Shown here one piece after another: positions 37,301-52,800 of a DNA stretch of 64,000 nt. Every line of letters begins with the position of its first letter. Positions within the stretch are counted from its first letter, which is position 1. The notes beneath the pieces were generated by a model. That model did not search any database. It saw only the letters and a list, made by a program, of their open reading frames with translations, and had not been told where the DNA came from. Made by a program: the position numbers and the translations under genes. Source of the stretch: Balanoglossus misakiensis (lineage: Eukaryota; Animalia; Hemichordata); assembly GCA_040954595.2 (NCBI GenBank), contig CM082583.2:9534254-9598253 (forward strand), given 5' to 3'.

Positions 37301-39109
37301 TAACCCCTTTGTGACCTATATGGGAGGGGTTAATCCCCAACATGATACATAGGGTTAGTACTTTTTTATGTTTAAGCTGTACAGCATCTCATCTATCTTT
37401 TTTCTTCTGTCACACCAGGACATGAAATCAGTGGCAAACTCTTTGTACCCCAACGTGAATTTCAGTATGGTCCACAAGAAGATCAATCTAGCAGATGATT
37501 TACTGGCCTGGGAGCACGAGAGATTCAGCATCAGGAAACTTCCGGCGGGAACCGTGTCCACACTGGAGAGCCATAAAAACCAGCACAGAAGTACTATTGC
37601 TGATGAAAGGTAAGATCTTGTTTGTATTTAATGGTACAAGTCTGTGCCTGGCTGCTTGTATTGCTGTAAAGTGACCAGTTGTTTATTACAGTGCCTGCTT
37701 TCTGAGTTCACCTCAAAAACCTCTGAGTAAACCTCAAAAAAAAAGAACCTTATTCTATTGAATTGTATTTTCTTACCTTCGTAAAAACAGATCATCAATC
37801 GATGTGGATAAGCTGTGTAGAAATATCAAGATTATTAGTGAAGCCATTGCCAGGTTTATCTACAACATTGATGCAACCAACCAAACGGAAGAAGTTCATG
37901 TCTTCACTGATGCATTGGTATGTAGAAATTCAACTGAACTTGCTAGAGTCACAGATCGTGAGGTTCATGCCCACCCTGTCAAAGAATGAAGGTAGACCCG
38001 TTGATTTTGTGTCTGAGAAAACTACATGTACATACATGTACTGTGATCCTGTGTCTTTCCCCTCCCCCCTCCCAACTCACCCTACCCTCCCTGTCTTGTC
38101 AATGGGTGATGCCACCCACCCCTGACCTATGACCTGACATTTCCTCTCGACAACAGGGTGTGAACAAAGAGTCTGTGGAGTCCTGGGTGGACCACATCTC
38201 GGCGTATCCAAGAGCAGCTCCTCTGATGAGCAAAGATCATCATCTGCTGAACACCTTGGAGAACACGATGGCCAAGTATCTCAAAGAAGTCAGAAGGTTC
38301 AGTGTCAAGGCAGATAAAAGGTAATTTGGGGGAAAATTCTGGAAAGTTGGGGAGTTTTTATTGATTCTGAAAGTAGGAACCATGACTACATAATGTGTGT
38401 GAGAAAAAGCTTTTCACTGAAGAGATTGTTAGTTGGACTCTTTCTTTTCATTCATGATGTTATTTTGTTGTCAATGTTCTCTCCCAACAGAGACCCAGAA
38501 TTTGTGTTCTATGATGGCCTCATGTTCACCATGTTTGCATACAAGTAAGTTAACAGTTTCCGCTTGGCTATTAAGTGACCTGACCTCACACTGGCGGTCT
38601 TCTTACACATAATTTTTTTTTCATCTGTGGTCTGAAGTATGTTTTGCAGTGGAGGTGTGGAAAACAATACCTAAGGATTAACAAACAAATTTATGTCATT
38701 TAAAAATCTTATGATGGTCATTTCTTGTTTCAGTGTAAAACCGGCCGTCTTCGACCTCTTCTTGGCATTTGGAATTGCTGCCTACCTTGGATTAATCTAC
38801 CTTTCTGTCATGGTGAGTTTCTGCTCTTCTCAACCCATTGTGTTAATCAGAGTGTGTGTGTGCAGGACTTGAGAATGCCTCTTCTCAGAGGTTGCAGTAT
38901 GTGCACACATGTTTGAAGAGTGTATTGATGAAGGGAGTGATCAGTCTGATACTTTGGGCGTAAATATAAATGTGTGTGTCTATGTATGCACTTGTATGTG
39001 TTGTCCACACAGTAATCGAGTTTCCCCTTTTTTTCCCTTGCAGAATTTCTCTTTCCTGTATGAGAGCCTGAGGAATATGTCCAGAGTTGTAAAAGCCAAG
39101 GAAGCCTAA
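34347..39109 (+). CDS. NCLN: Nicalin (inactive M28-like domain; BOS complex of the multipass translocon)
   Basis: 14 exons: 34347-34527, 35451-35641, 35802(or 35799)-35946, 36088-36182, 36324-36407, 36568-36671, 36809-36897, 37072-37196, 37419-37609, 37791-37917, 38157-38320, 38491-38544, 38734-38812, 39044-39109. Motifs AHEFTAYRMQQYDL, HYDTFGVAP, GADSNGSG, SGGGKYNYQGTKKW, MVHKKINLADDLLAWEHERFS, DPEFVFYD and VKPAVFDL. Confidence 0.96.
36672..36808 (+). other. U12-type (minor spliceosome) GT-AG intron in NCLN
   Basis: Donor GTATCCTTT. Branch-like TTTCCTTAGC about 8-17 nt before an AG with no pyrimidine tract. Removing it restores RTHAK-FNLLFLLSGGGK. Confidence 0.85.
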
Positions 39110-42100
39110 AACATGCTTTTGCATCAAGAAATGAAATGAAAACATTAGTCCAAACGATTTCAATTGAGTGAAAAATTCTTTAAAATCTCTTCTTTGTGTG
39201 GGTAGTTTATGGTTACTTGGTGCATCAACTCACATTTTCTGTGACCAAGTCACCTATGATCTTCTGCAGTAAGTGTGGCAGATCAGACTGTAGAGGGCAG
39301 TCTTCATGTTGTGATAGATTGGAATTATGTGTCATGTAGGCTTGATATAGAGAAACATTGAATCCCCCATGATCTCTGTGGTTTAGTCCATTGGCATTAT
39401 TTTCTGTGGTGAGGTTGGACTCGTACAGTGAAATTGGGGTTAGATTGATTGAATTTGATTTTCAAGAGATATCTGTGGATGTGTGAAGTATTGCTGTAAC
39501 TCAACTCTTCTTCTATGCAAAGTTATTCTTGGTGTTGTTGTCTCGTATGTATGTATGTCTTTGATGTGTGGTGTTCAAGATTTATCAATGCAGTAGGTTT
39601 ATTTTGTCCTGTCTCGGTCAAAGCTAGAAATTGTCGCTCACTAGGAAGGGCTACAAACAACTTAGCTTCATGAGTACAATTCCTGATTTATTTCTATGGC
39701 CAAACTTGAAAGTGATAAATTTCCAGCATTAATATGTATGTGCAGCATTATTGTGGGATTGTGTCATGCCAGTACTCACAAATTTCACACTGCCAACAAG
39801 AAAATACTACAGTATACTAAAAGTAACATAACAACTACCATTACTCTAGTGATCAGCTTTGTCAGGTCATTAGGCTTCCCATGGAAGTATAGTTGTATAG
39901 CGGCAGAATCAACACATGCCTAATATTTAGGCTTTCAGGCTTGAATGGAGAACTATTCTGAAAGATAATTTTCAAAATATAAAAAGTCTTTCAATGTTCT
40001 CATATCTTGTACCCAGTAATGTTCGATACTCCACCGATGTTAGTAGCATTATGAAGCCAGAAGAAAAAGTCCCACTAACGAAGGCGTGTTTATTGACCAA
40101 TTCCTGCCAAATTTCCTCATTACTGACAAGGGTACCAAGGCTTTAATCCCAGTCGTCATACTATGGCATGCATCAGAGGGAATATCACAAATTACCCACC
40201 CGGTCGCTGTTCCAATAATTATTAATTTAAAAATTAAAAAAAAATTAAACAAATGACTCAAGACTTAGCTTTAGGTTAGGAACTTGCTGTCATGAACACT
40301 GAAAAAAAAAATGAAATTTGAACCAAATGAATTCAGACCCTTGGGGATCAATCTTTTTTGTTGTTTATTTGGTTTTGTAAACAGGGTAGGTACTATTAGA
40401 GGTTATGAAACATTTTCTTTTCCACTTTTGTAATTTGAAATAAAGTAGACACAATGTTCTTCTCTGGACCGTCTGTTTTCTGAGTAAAGTATTTCTCCGG
40501 TTTTGTGGAGATTCAAACACGACCATGCGTCGATTTGAAATCGTTCAAAAAAGAACTGATAAATGTGCATGGCGGCGCAGTGTCCTCTACTTGCAATCGT
40601 ACGTGACTTTAAGTCCGTCCGCCGGCATCGATTTTACGGCAACTGAACAATGTCGTTTTTTGACGAATCTAAACGAAATGAGTAACTCTGACTGGCGCAC
40701 GATGGAAAACAACTAATTATATAAAAATTATTTCAGTTTAAAATTTTCGCCAATATATTAATTATATCATCCTATTATGAAGACTTGTAATATAGTTTAC
40801 ATTTATCCTTTTAACGGCAGTCAAATATACAATCCGATCATTGTACTCATATCGTGCAACGAAATTTAAAATGAATTATAGTTCACCGTATTATTTCAAA
40901 TGTTCATATTATGTAGGGTTTTCTAAGTACAGTGGGATTTCCTGTAAAATGCAACTTAAGTACCACGAACGTGTTACAAAGATCTAGAAATCCGACTTTC
41001 GTATGACCAAAACAGTTTTTAATTAGTATTCATTTTACAGGTACTTCACCGGCTGTATGTCTAAGCCGAGTTGCGTGCCGCCGTGAGTTGACACAACAAA
41101 TAGTGCATTGTGTTCTGAAACCTGAATTCCATCTGGGACATCATGTTTCCTGAAGCTACTCTGCGTTTATACTGACAGACATTACATAAGAGCGAGTCGC
41201 TTCCCCAACACTCGAGAAGCAGTCGTTTGTGTTGTACGAACGCCGCAGGATTTAGTCCCGAAGTTTGCATTCTGTAGAGCTTCAGCGATTTAACTTATTT
41301 TCTAGCTTTTCCCTGATTCAAGTTATTATTAAGTTATATTTTATTACGAGGTAGCGATCAAGAAATCTAATTCGTTGTTAATGAAAAACACTCATACTAC
41401 AGTAAAATTATCCTAAGGTGACAGCACTTTTTCATTCACTAGGTTTGCGGAAAACAGACTCTTTGTCTGAGTAGTTGGAACGAGACACCGTGGCAGTACG
41501 ATTATATGGTCATTTGAGATTCTAACCGTTATAATATGACTGCAACCACATATCAGCGAAAGACTGTGCTACGATACGTAGCACATGACGACAGGCCCGC
41601 CTATGACTTAGCGGAACGTGGCCAGTGATTTTGGTTTTAAAATTCCAAACTGATAAATGTTTACCCACGGTAATCTTGAAATAGTCTGAAACTTTTAAAA
41701 TAAATACCTTGGAGACTTGCCCTCGCTTTCTCTGAGTCTAGGTTTGTTTTAGACTTTGGCAAACGGACTCATCACAATGGACCCAGTTACGATATCTGTC
41801 AACTATTGCTGTTGAGAGAGGGCCATTTTCCCGTTGTGTTTGTTCTTTATTGCGAACCGAAACAAAAACATTTTCCACTTTTAAGTAAGAGTTCGTTCCA
41901 AGGAATGTGCTCATCAAAGCGCGGAATTCTACACATGCCAAAAACTGATCTGCTTGAAACATGCTCTGCTTCTCGTTGGATAATTTAAATTCGAGTGTGA
42001 CCCCCCCCCCCTTCCACCATTCCATCGTTTGCTGTTGGGACACTTCAATGATGACAACTATCAAGAGATGACGTTGGTCGGGTCTTGGATTGCGGGGAAT

Positions 42101-43887
42101 ACTTTGCGTTGGACAAACAATGCCATTCAACCGCATATTCATTCCCCCTACAGGTGTAACCCGTCAATTACCAGCGTGCAAGATGCAACCACTTCAAGCG
42201 ATGACTTGCGTCGACCCAGATGTGCCGGCTAATATGGCTGCCTACTTCAATTTATCAAAGTGATTACCAACACGCCACGATATTGAACATGCAAACAAAT
42301 TACCCCAACGCATGTGTGTACCTATCTTGAGATAAACGAGGTTATTGACTCCACACAAACTATGCGCTTCCATATTCGCGAAGGGCGTTGTTTACCGCCT
42401 CAGACTATCACCAGTCTATAGTTACTCATTATGACGTATTCGAGAGGACTTTAATTTTTTACATATTTTATGATGTATAAGCTGTCCTTGTCTACTTCCT
42501 CATTTTCGACTTCCTTTCAAAATAATTATGATCAACTGTGAATCAATGAAGGCCTATACCCGGAGTCAAATTTGTTCAGGGGTGGTTCAATGCAAGGCGG
42601 ATGATATTAGTCAAAATATTTATCTTGCACTTTTCAAATAGCTAATTATCTTAAAGTAGAAAATAATGTGATTGATACGATGTGTTTGTAATTGCCGAGT
42701 CTTTCAACTGTTTGCGTAGGGAAATACTCCGTTGCAATATCAATTAATTCTCGCGGGATATTACTTTGCCCCGGCTCCAAGCTAGAGTATGGGGATTGTA
42801 TTGCTGGACACGAGAAACCAGTAGTTTCACCAAGCTCTACTGTGAAATCGATCCCCGAAAAACTTCCCCTGTGTATACACACGGTTGTGCGTATAATTGT
42901 GACATGGTCTGAGCAAAGTTTACAGCTTTACGACAGTTTTTGACACGGCTTGTGTTTCCCCAGGTAGTCCAGCTCTATTGATGAAGTCAGTATCAGATGG
43001 CCGATTACGCTAAATAATCCTATTGATCGGCCAATGCCTCATTTGATATGGTGTAGACCGATGCTTGTTCACGCACCGCGCAGTTGGACACCTTAGCAAC
43101 GTCTGGTAGCGTACTTGACAACGGCTATATGTTGACAGGGATCCGTACCATCTACTCTACTGAACAGAAGGCACTTTATCAGCGACAAATTTTCCCTAAA
43201 ATTCTCCAACAAATATTTTCAATTTAGTTGCATTTATTCGTTGAAAATTTCCTGAGACCTGAACTGTAAACGGGTTGCTTTCTGCATTGTATCTCTCCCT
43301 CAAAGCCAACGTAAACGTAAAACTAATTCGTGAGGATCTCTTGCGATCGATAGGACTTGCCTATTCATTAGGCCCTTATGCAACTGTCGTCACTTTTCGA
43401 CCAATCAGTGGCCGCCTTTACCCGCAAAACTCCGGCAGCGGTGTGAACATTATGAATATTCATAACGTTTCCCCGAACGACCATCCGTGCACGGTGCGCC
43501 TATAACTGTGTATATGTTTAGGCCTGTGCGGTTCGGCATGAGGGTGTGATATGGCGGACACGGTCGACGTTGCTTTTTGTCTGGAGTTACACGACAACAA
43601 CGAACGTGAATTGGTGTAGGTGACAAATTGAGTGCCGACGTAAACTTGTAGAGTCACGGGTGAAGGACGACTGTAGGTAGGTTCAACGAACCGGCGTACC
43701 GTGTCAATTATCTCTCCGTCGCTGCCGAAGGCAAGTTTTTCTCCATCTCCCAAGATACTCGCAGACAGCTCCGTAATAACCAGACAATTATCTCGTTTGA
43801 CCGGTAAATGCGGCCCGGTACACGTTTAATTTCAATTCACCGCAAATTAAACCGCGTCTCTCGGAGTATATAAGCTTCATACGCACG

Positions 43888-46800
43888 ATGCCGCCAACGC
43901 CGAGAATGATCCCGTTCGCCGGTGACTTGGTAACCCCGCGGACAACCTATCAGGAGATGTTTGCAAAGAAAGGGGGTCCGCCAACGATGATGAGGCCAAC
44001 GTCTGGAACCAGACGAAACAATCCACATCCAAGAGAGGTAGGGACAGACAGTTTGGGAGTTTTTTTCTGCAGCAATATTATCAAGGGAACATCGTGGCTA
44101 TACTATTTGATCACGATTTCAGTATAACAAACCTAATCCGGGGATTTAGTTTTCTTCCTTGTTTAACCCCAATCGCTACGGAGAGCAAGGAATTGCATCA
44201 AATAAAGCCGCGCCAACATCCACAGGTGGATTTCGTGTTTTTTATTGTCTTCATATTGAATCACATTGTGTTCACGCCAGACCTCTGGCTCTGGGCGGTG
44301 TTTACAAAACAAGTCTCGCCGGCGAATAGTTGACTGCAGTAACAAGCTTACACCGGTGGCTTAATCTATCCTACCCGTACGCAGAGAACCCATTAAAGGT
44401 TTACCATTCTGTTAGGCAATATCCAGATCTCAACCTTGCGCCACCGACACACTCGACAGCGACCAATTGTTATTTATTACTCTGCCTGGTAAACTAATAT
44501 CAAATGTATGTAATGTGTGAATTGGAAGAAAGACTAACAAACCTCGGGTTTAGAAAAATGCCATAATCCAATATTCAAATTCACATTTAAATTCTTTGTT
44601 CTGGAAGAATGAGATTAGAAACCAGTGGAGTTTTAAAATTAAATCAGGATTTTGTAGCAGTCAGTGTACTCTTACTGAAGGATTAGACACACAAAGAAGT
44701 ACTCAGGTTGCGGTAAAGTATTTATATTGCTTCAACTTAGCAATGGCGAAAACACACAATTACCGTTACGAATAAGTAAAGCTGTGTCTTAACTCAGGAC
44801 TCAAGATTGTACCAGCTTCCTTTACATGATCACCGAAAACGTGCGCATGCGTGTACCAATTTCTACGTCGCGTCTGCCCTTCAAGAAGTCCGTAAATTGT
44901 ATTGGAGAAAAGTAGCCATAAAGTAGCACCGTGTTGATTTTTCTAAATGTGGACAAAAGGAGAAGAAATAACCATTAGACACGAGAAAATGACATTATAA
45001 TGCATCTTTTATGAACCATGTGCGTTATTTTAAGCATGGCAGGTGAAACTAGGCTAGCGCGTCGTGTCGTATCGTCACGATCGATGACGGTGTTGGTTGC
45101 CATTTTGGTACACGAAAGAATGGACCAGGTCGAAACAATGGCATGTTTTGTTCGTATTAAAAAGATACAAAACACGTCGATATAACCCAGACACACAGCT
45201 GCCATTGTTTTGGGCTTACAGATGTCAAGACGTATAACATTCATATGATCAAGTGGTCACGAACCCATACTCTCGGTCCACGCGAATTCACGCGAGACTA
45301 GGTTTCAATATTTCATCAGGTCATTCAAGTGGATTGCTGCCTTGGCAACGACGCTTACCTACACACCAAAAGGCAATGCCGCGAGATTACGCGAATTAAA
45401 ATGATTACTCCGAGGGAAGAACAATTTCCCTAGTCCGGAAACGCATCGATCTTGCCGACGAAAACTCATTTTTGCGTCGTGAGAAATTCACAAGACGCAT
45501 AATTCAGATGATTGCTCCGGGACAATTGAGGTGTTCATTTCAATCTAAATGAAATGAAATGAACACACGACGTGTTTTGTGGTTAACTCATTTGTCTGTA
45601 TTCATATTTTCCGACACTTTCAAGCGGGCTGTCGATTTTGTGTATTAATAGGGAAATGCCTATTCACCGGAATGTTTAGGGCTAAGAGAATCATAGCGTC
45701 TGCCAGCGTTAAAGGGACAACACCGCTAATATTTGACATTTGTATTTTAGACCCATTTGATGAGCTTTGGTGTTGTCTACCTAGGGGGGGGGGTTAATAA
45801 AAATTGTTTGAGTAAAAAAAATAGTTATCACTTATGTCCATTTCCAATCTCTCATTGCTCAGGGCCCGCTAATTACACAAAACAAATGAATCATTTATGG
45901 TGGGATATACAAACTTAATGATGTAATAAAGGCTTGTGTTTTGAATAATGAATTAATGAATTCCGATGTGTATGCTGCTAAAGGAAATTTGGCCATCGAT
46001 CTGTGTGTCACACATACATAGGTGGTTATTGTTTTATTCCTCAAACGATCCGTGGCGACGACCATGAAGTCGTGACAAACACGGACAGCAAGTCACAATC
46101 CCGGTGCGGTGTCGGAATACCAGTACTCAAATAGTATTGCGCCCTCTATTTCAGTCATGTCTTCTACGCGGTCACGTCACACGCAACAGGTGGTTGCCAT
46201 CATTGATAATTAGACCTGGAGCGTGAACTCTTCATAGTGATCCAAAATTAAACCTTGAAACAGTTCCGTATATCGCAGCGAGCAATATGCTTTACATCCT
46301 CAGGCGTTCTTCATTTTCTCAAAATCTTTGTGGTCTTGGCAATCAATTGTTCGATATTTCATCATGTAATTGCGTGACGTCGCTCGATATACTTTATGTA
46401 TCGTTCGACAAGTATATACTAGTCAAGAAATTAAAAAATGCGAGTTAAAGAAGTGTCAACAACATACTTGTGTGAATGAATACCACATTTCGGGCAGAAT
46501 TATTGATTTCTCGGCGAACGAGCCCGGCCGCTCAACAGGTGGTCGCCATGGCAGCAAAGAATCAGATCTACACCCCAAAGATTTAGGTCAAGTTCATTGT
46601 TATCGGTGGGCAGATATTTCTCTCTCAAGTGGACAGTCTGAGTTTCGAGTGCACTTTAATGACATATATATTTAGGTTTATGGGCCAAAGCTCATGTACC
46701 ATATCAAATGCACATAGAAGTTCAACTTGGCTAACAAGTCTGATGGACGTTTTGTAAAGTATGCGTTAATGTCAAAAGACAATGTAAAAACAGCTAAGAC

Positions 46801-49800
46801 GCTTTAAAACCTTAACTGCTACAGAAAACTGGAAAAATATACGTTTAACTTAGTTTCCGCACAATTTAGAGGAAAATTTGCGTTGGGTTAGTGAATTGAA
46901 CCGTAGACCCGCTATCTCGGGTAACCATCCTCTATGCATTGTCCGCGTTTTAAGATTATTTCGGGAGACCTGCGTGCAGCGACTGGTAAATAAGCAGAGA
47001 TTTAAACCGTTATGCTGTCTCTCCACACCCAGAGCCTTGTTCGCCTAGTGTTCGAGGCACAAGTGAGTATTTTATTGGCTTTGACACAATGCGAGGGATG
47101 TGTCAGTAGAGGCACTCTGAATTCACTCTACCGACACAATAGGGGTTGAACAAACACTTCATCTACATACGCGTTATCGCGAGGTCGGACTTTAGCGTGG
47201 TTACCAGCTGAGGGCCAGTGTGTGTGTATCCGTAACTAAGCCACTTCAGCGAACCCCGCAAAAGTCCTGTTTTAGACATTCTAGCCGTCTCGGGCGGATT
47301 AAGTGGCGAGATGTCGTCTTACTACCAGTCTAGCTCAACTCCCACTATCGAAGTAAGTACAGGCATGTTTGTGTTATGAGCGCGAGACCCCTTCGCTTCC
47401 ACATTCTGGCCGTTCTGGTCTCCAACGCTATGTATGTGCACACAAATAGCCCGCCGTGTTTACACTGGACTTCTTTAAAAAGCCGTGTACCTACAACAGT
47501 TAGATTTTTTCACGCCTTCGCCACACGACCTTCTGTCGCTGAATTCCAAGCAGCGGGCCGTGCCGCATGCCGTTACAACACCGACGGGGCGACCCCCGAA
47601 TAGTTGAAATCGGAAACTTTGGCGTGAGTTCGCATAGCGGCGCAATCTTGTGTCAACGTCGGCAGGTCGATGACACCTTCCGCCCCTGTATGTATTGGTC
47701 AGCTGTCACTGTTACGGAAGCCATTGGTGACAACACAGTCCCCAGTCCGTGTAAAGCGCTAGGTCTTGCATATTGTTATCACCGATGCGTGATATATACA
47801 GCCATGACACCGCGTATCGACAAACCAGATACGGTCGCGAGACCTTAGCGCGCATCCATGTGTTGGTGACGTCCGTAATTTACCACACAAACCATCAACA
47901 CAGTGAATCGAAGACGTATAATCAAGGACCCATTAAAACGTTACCCTCGTAAAAAAAAAAGGTCTTCACGATCAATTATCTGATTTATCACGTCCCGCAA
48001 AAGTTAGCCGTCTTTGACGCTGAAATTACTTCAATTAATTAATCGATATGACTCGTTCTACCCTGCAAAGTCAAAGAAATCACTATATGCTGTCGCCGTA
48101 TTGCATTTATCAAAGCAAGAAGGGCTATCATACAGAATTGCTCCGTTATATGCATGACAACATCTGGGACAATGGAGTCCCTCCAGGCGGTGTGGAAAAT
48201 TTTCAACAGGTTAACGCCTTTATGTCCATGAATTTTCATGTTCCATGTTGTAACCAAGGAAGCAAAAAGACCACAAACCTCCAGTCAGTCAGTAAACCAG
48301 AGGATTACAATCTCGGTAATCCGACAAAATTGCGTCACATCTCAAATGTAACGTGTCTCCGCGGACAGAAATTTATCTGTTAGTTAGTGTTGGATTTGTA
48401 GGATTACGATAGGAATCTGCGTGAAATCACTTGGGGCAGATGTTTCAAGGACCCCGATTGACCTCTGAAGCTCAAAATCACCGCAACACGTGTGCAAACT
48501 TGGCGGAGTGACCGTTGTAATCACAATCTCAATGTCAGGCCACTGAAATTTGGTCTGGGATCAAATGTTTTACGGACAACACGTACCGTTGCCTGGATGG
48601 CGCATTACTTTACTTGTGATAACTTGTAATAATTCACAACGATATTGCATATTATCTTTTGCGGATAATTCAAACTTTAATGATAAAACCTTGACGTTGG
48701 ATTTGGCAGACGGGATTACGGAGATTAAAGAAAGCAAACACCGCCCGAGGATATGTCTGTCAATTGTTGTCGAGTGACCGCTGCGCTGTCCGACATTCCA
48801 TTCCTTTTTCACAAAAGCAGCTCTTTGAAATATTCAGCACGGCAGAGTCGTTTTGCTGAAGCTGTCGTGAGCTTGGCATCGCTCTTGAGTAAAGGTGGAC
48901 CAATTCTCCGTAGCCTGGGGAATAATTGTAACACACGAAAAGATCATCACAGCAGTATGCTCTATATATTCGAAATTTTCCAAAACTGACTGTGATCCAA
49001 GTTATCCACATGGGTCAGGTAATACCATTCCATTTACATATTTTTTTTTGTATTTCTAGGGTTTCCTGGAACCGAAAAGTACAAAAATGGACAGAGACGC
49101 CAGGATGCAAGAACGCGTGAGAGTTGCCGTAAAAGAGTACTTGGATAAACTCTCGGTGAAGGAAAACAAACCCAAAGTCAGCAAGATTCCGCACGCCTTC
49201 AGCAAAGACAGGCAGCCGATTTACAAAGGTAAGCAGAGTTATATAACCAAATCTTGTTGGGGGAAATGAATTCACGTACGACCGTGTCAACTCCTCGGGG
49301 TGAGTGTCAGGCAGAATAACTATGGGAGATTTCAAAAGGAAACGACACCGTTCTGATTCACAAGCTCACTCAGCAAGTCCCGTCTTTAGACGCGGACATG
49401 TCGCTGAAAAGTGCACCGAACCGTTTTTGTGTTTCCAAAACCGTTCGGAGAGGCAAAGAAGACTGATTTGTACTGAGAGTTGTTTTTATCTCAAAAGAAA
49501 GGCCAACTCGAGAAAGAGAGAAAGACAAGATTATACTGGCAGTGTGTGCACAGAACAATCACAGCCATTACAATCGTTAAATGCGCTTGTCTCCCATTCT
49601 TCGACGCGATTTTCTTTTATAAGAGAAACATTGCACAGACACAGTGCTGTTTAAAGCGACCTGTCGAAACTGATGCATATTTAAGTGGACAAACTTTGAA
49701 ACGATGTCCGATAACCTTAACCCCGCCTGTCAAAAGTTTAAACACGGTCAATTTTTATTATCTCCCGGCGTACTTAATTATTAAAACGCACGCAAAGAAC

Positions 49801-52800
49801 ATAGCAACCTGAGAAACTGAATAAATAACGGATGATGTTAAATTATAGTACGTTGATCATAACAGCGAGTGCCGTTTCCTCGCCATTTTGCCCTCAACGG
49901 AACACATGAAATGTACTCTTCACCAAAGGTATAATGTTTAGTCAGCATACCGCTGTATTTTTACCAGACATATCATTGCTGCCGGTACTTTGATACTTTG
50001 CTTGATTCCACCGGGCACCGACGTTACTCCAAGATTCCAGCGCAGATAAGGACAAGCGTATTCGTCCCCATGGTAACCAAACAATCAAGCCAGGCGAGCT
50101 GACAATGGCTGAAATGCCCTGAGCGAACCTGTGCGTTGCGTAGGTGACATAACAACGCCGCGTGTAATGTCAGATATGGCGTTCACAGATCACCCTGTGT
50201 TTTCTGGCCACTGTCATTTCCTACACTAAAATGATCAGCCAAGGAGTCCATTTTATACCAATCTGGCCTACTTTTAATGAAGAGACATATTTGGCAAATA
50301 GATTAAACTCCAGACAGATGACAGTTATCTGGGATTGCTGCGACGGATTAATACTGCAATTGGTAAGAAATACAAAAGCGTTCACAATACTAATTGTACA
50401 TGTAAAATGATTTGTGCATATAAAGAAATAGACCTTTAATGTTTTACCGTTTCCATGGTTACGTCAGTGACGGCATTAACGCAGCACAATATTTCGTAGA
50501 TCTAAAAGAATTTGAGATGTCTTGAAAATTTGTCATATATTTTCTTTCATCGCTCCTTCACGTGAAAATGTGTCATTTTGACATCGCAAAAATATCCCCC
50601 AAACCGTCAAGCCACCCAGCCAGAAACATAACAGTCGTCTGCTGCTGCGTTCTCCTAATAAGTTTTATCGGGGATAAGACTTCTTTGGGACTACCACTCT
50701 TCTCAGGTCGACAGCCACTCTTTGTCGCTCATTGAAAGCTGGACAACGGAGCTGTTGTTAAAGACGCTCCTTTTCAATGGATGAGAACGATATATAGCGG
50801 CCCCTCGCATGAAAAGCTTTACGCAGGTTTTTATGTTTCTACGTCAGTTGTAGTTTACTCTTTTATCCCAAAGGGGATGTTCCACTCAGAAGCAACTTTT
50901 TGAAAAAAGTCCGAAACGACAAGTCCCTTTCAACCCCGCCCACGTAGACCATCATGTTCACAGCCAAAGTACACGGTTGTACTTATAATCGGACATTGAT
51001 CCAGACAAAAACAAACTTTATCCGACTGCTCGATATTCAGCAACGACAATAAATACCAGAACTATCTCAAAGCATTCAAACAACGCCTGCTCTTTTCAAA
51101 TCAATTCTCAGTCGATTGAAGTAAGTTTGTTTGTCCTACACCACTCAGTTTGTACCCGTTTCGCTCTAGAATACGCTCAAAATTTACGTCACCAAGATGG
51201 ACTGGAGCATTGACAAAAACCTGGTTCGGATTTCTCATGTACCCAGGGAATGTTTTATATAGCCGCATTTTTGTCACAGCTGTGTGTTGCTATAGAACAG
51301 AGCTATTTACGGTGGGTCACCCTCAGACGTTTCATTGACAAGTGACATAAATTCAACTTGAACAAAGTCCCATTGTGGCACTGTGTTGAAATTTGACAAA
51401 TGTTGTTTGCCAAGGCCGCGGTTCATCATCCCAACGTCAAGGTGCGTTAGACCCGGACAATGTAAATGATCACTGTCGCAACTATTCTTATCATCGCGGC
51501 AAAAGAAAACCAGGTCTGGCGTTTAATTTGCTTTGGGTGTAAACGCCTCGTCTCTCTCACGAACGTCAAGGCACGTAGATTTCGCGTCAAATTGTAATTA
51601 CATGTATATATATATCGAATAAGCCCATTTCGTTTGCAAGACACTCGGGGAAAATCCCTTTATTGCCATCGATCTCACGATTGTAAGATCTCGCCTTTGT
51701 TCAAACGTTGTTGAAAATGTAATTGTGTAAAACGACAATCGATTTGATTTAGCCGTAGCAGAGACCTAGGAGAAGAGAGGTTTGTTTCTGTTGATCTTGT
51801 ATCACGTGGATTATTGCCGGAATCTCTACAGTAATCCTACTCCAAAAATATAATCGTGTCCAACAAATTCCTAAGAATATGATAAACTCGTAAGTTCCAT
51901 TTGAGCCATTGACAAAATATAATGCAACTGACTAAAATATACGTTTCTATATTAAATCACTTCTCGGGGATTCAAATCTTAAGAAAATCCCAAAGAAGCC
52001 CCGAAGTACATGTATAGCTCTATTGATCTTAATAGAAGTAACGGACTTGACGAGCACATGTCGTCGGTTGCTAAGGACGCCAAGGCATGGCAACGTTGCG
52101 GAGCCAGCCAGACAGGCGATCGATTGAGGTTCAGATACAATGAAAACAGTAACGGGTGGGCGTTGCAGGCACAAGGGCAGGTCACCGTTCATAACGGTAT
52201 TTGCAAGACGGAGATTTTGTTAACGATAATAGAATCCACAGCACTCCATGTCACTCTTGTGTGTTGTACCATTGCGTCCACGGTTGTACTATTAAAACGC
52301 TGGGTTTTTCACAATCATGTTTGCGATACAATCTGCGCATGTGCACCTTCATGAGGACACTTGTAACCAACATCTACAAAAGTAACTCCACTTCAACCGT
52401 TTTTTTTGTTATTTACTCCGCTAATATCACTTGCCCTTCAACCCAATAAACCAGGAGAACGCCATCGCGACTGTTGCTTGGAGACTCCATATTTCGTCCA
52501 TTGGAGTCGAACGTGGTTCAATGTCAATTTGAATGTCAAGACTCTTGGTCTTTACGTGCTGGGTGACTCATCGAGTCACGGACAACATACAAGCTCTTCG
52601 TCTGTGATAGAATGGACTAATCCAATTTTAGGACGGTTACACACTCAAAACCCTAAACCATGATGCTTGTGACATGCGCTTATTGGTGTAAGCACATCAT
52701 AGGTGAATGAAAGAATAAATGGAAGGCATGTAATTGTCATTATTGACCCCGGCTACCATGATGGTATTTTCATGTCACTGCAGTTCGGGATAAGAAAAAG

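Noticed and set aside
42646-43753. Minus-strand ORFs 42646-42882 and 43460-43753 as a divergent gene
   Set aside because: No ATG-to-stop spliced model or recognisable domain; likely promoter or 5' UTR of the plus-strand gene.
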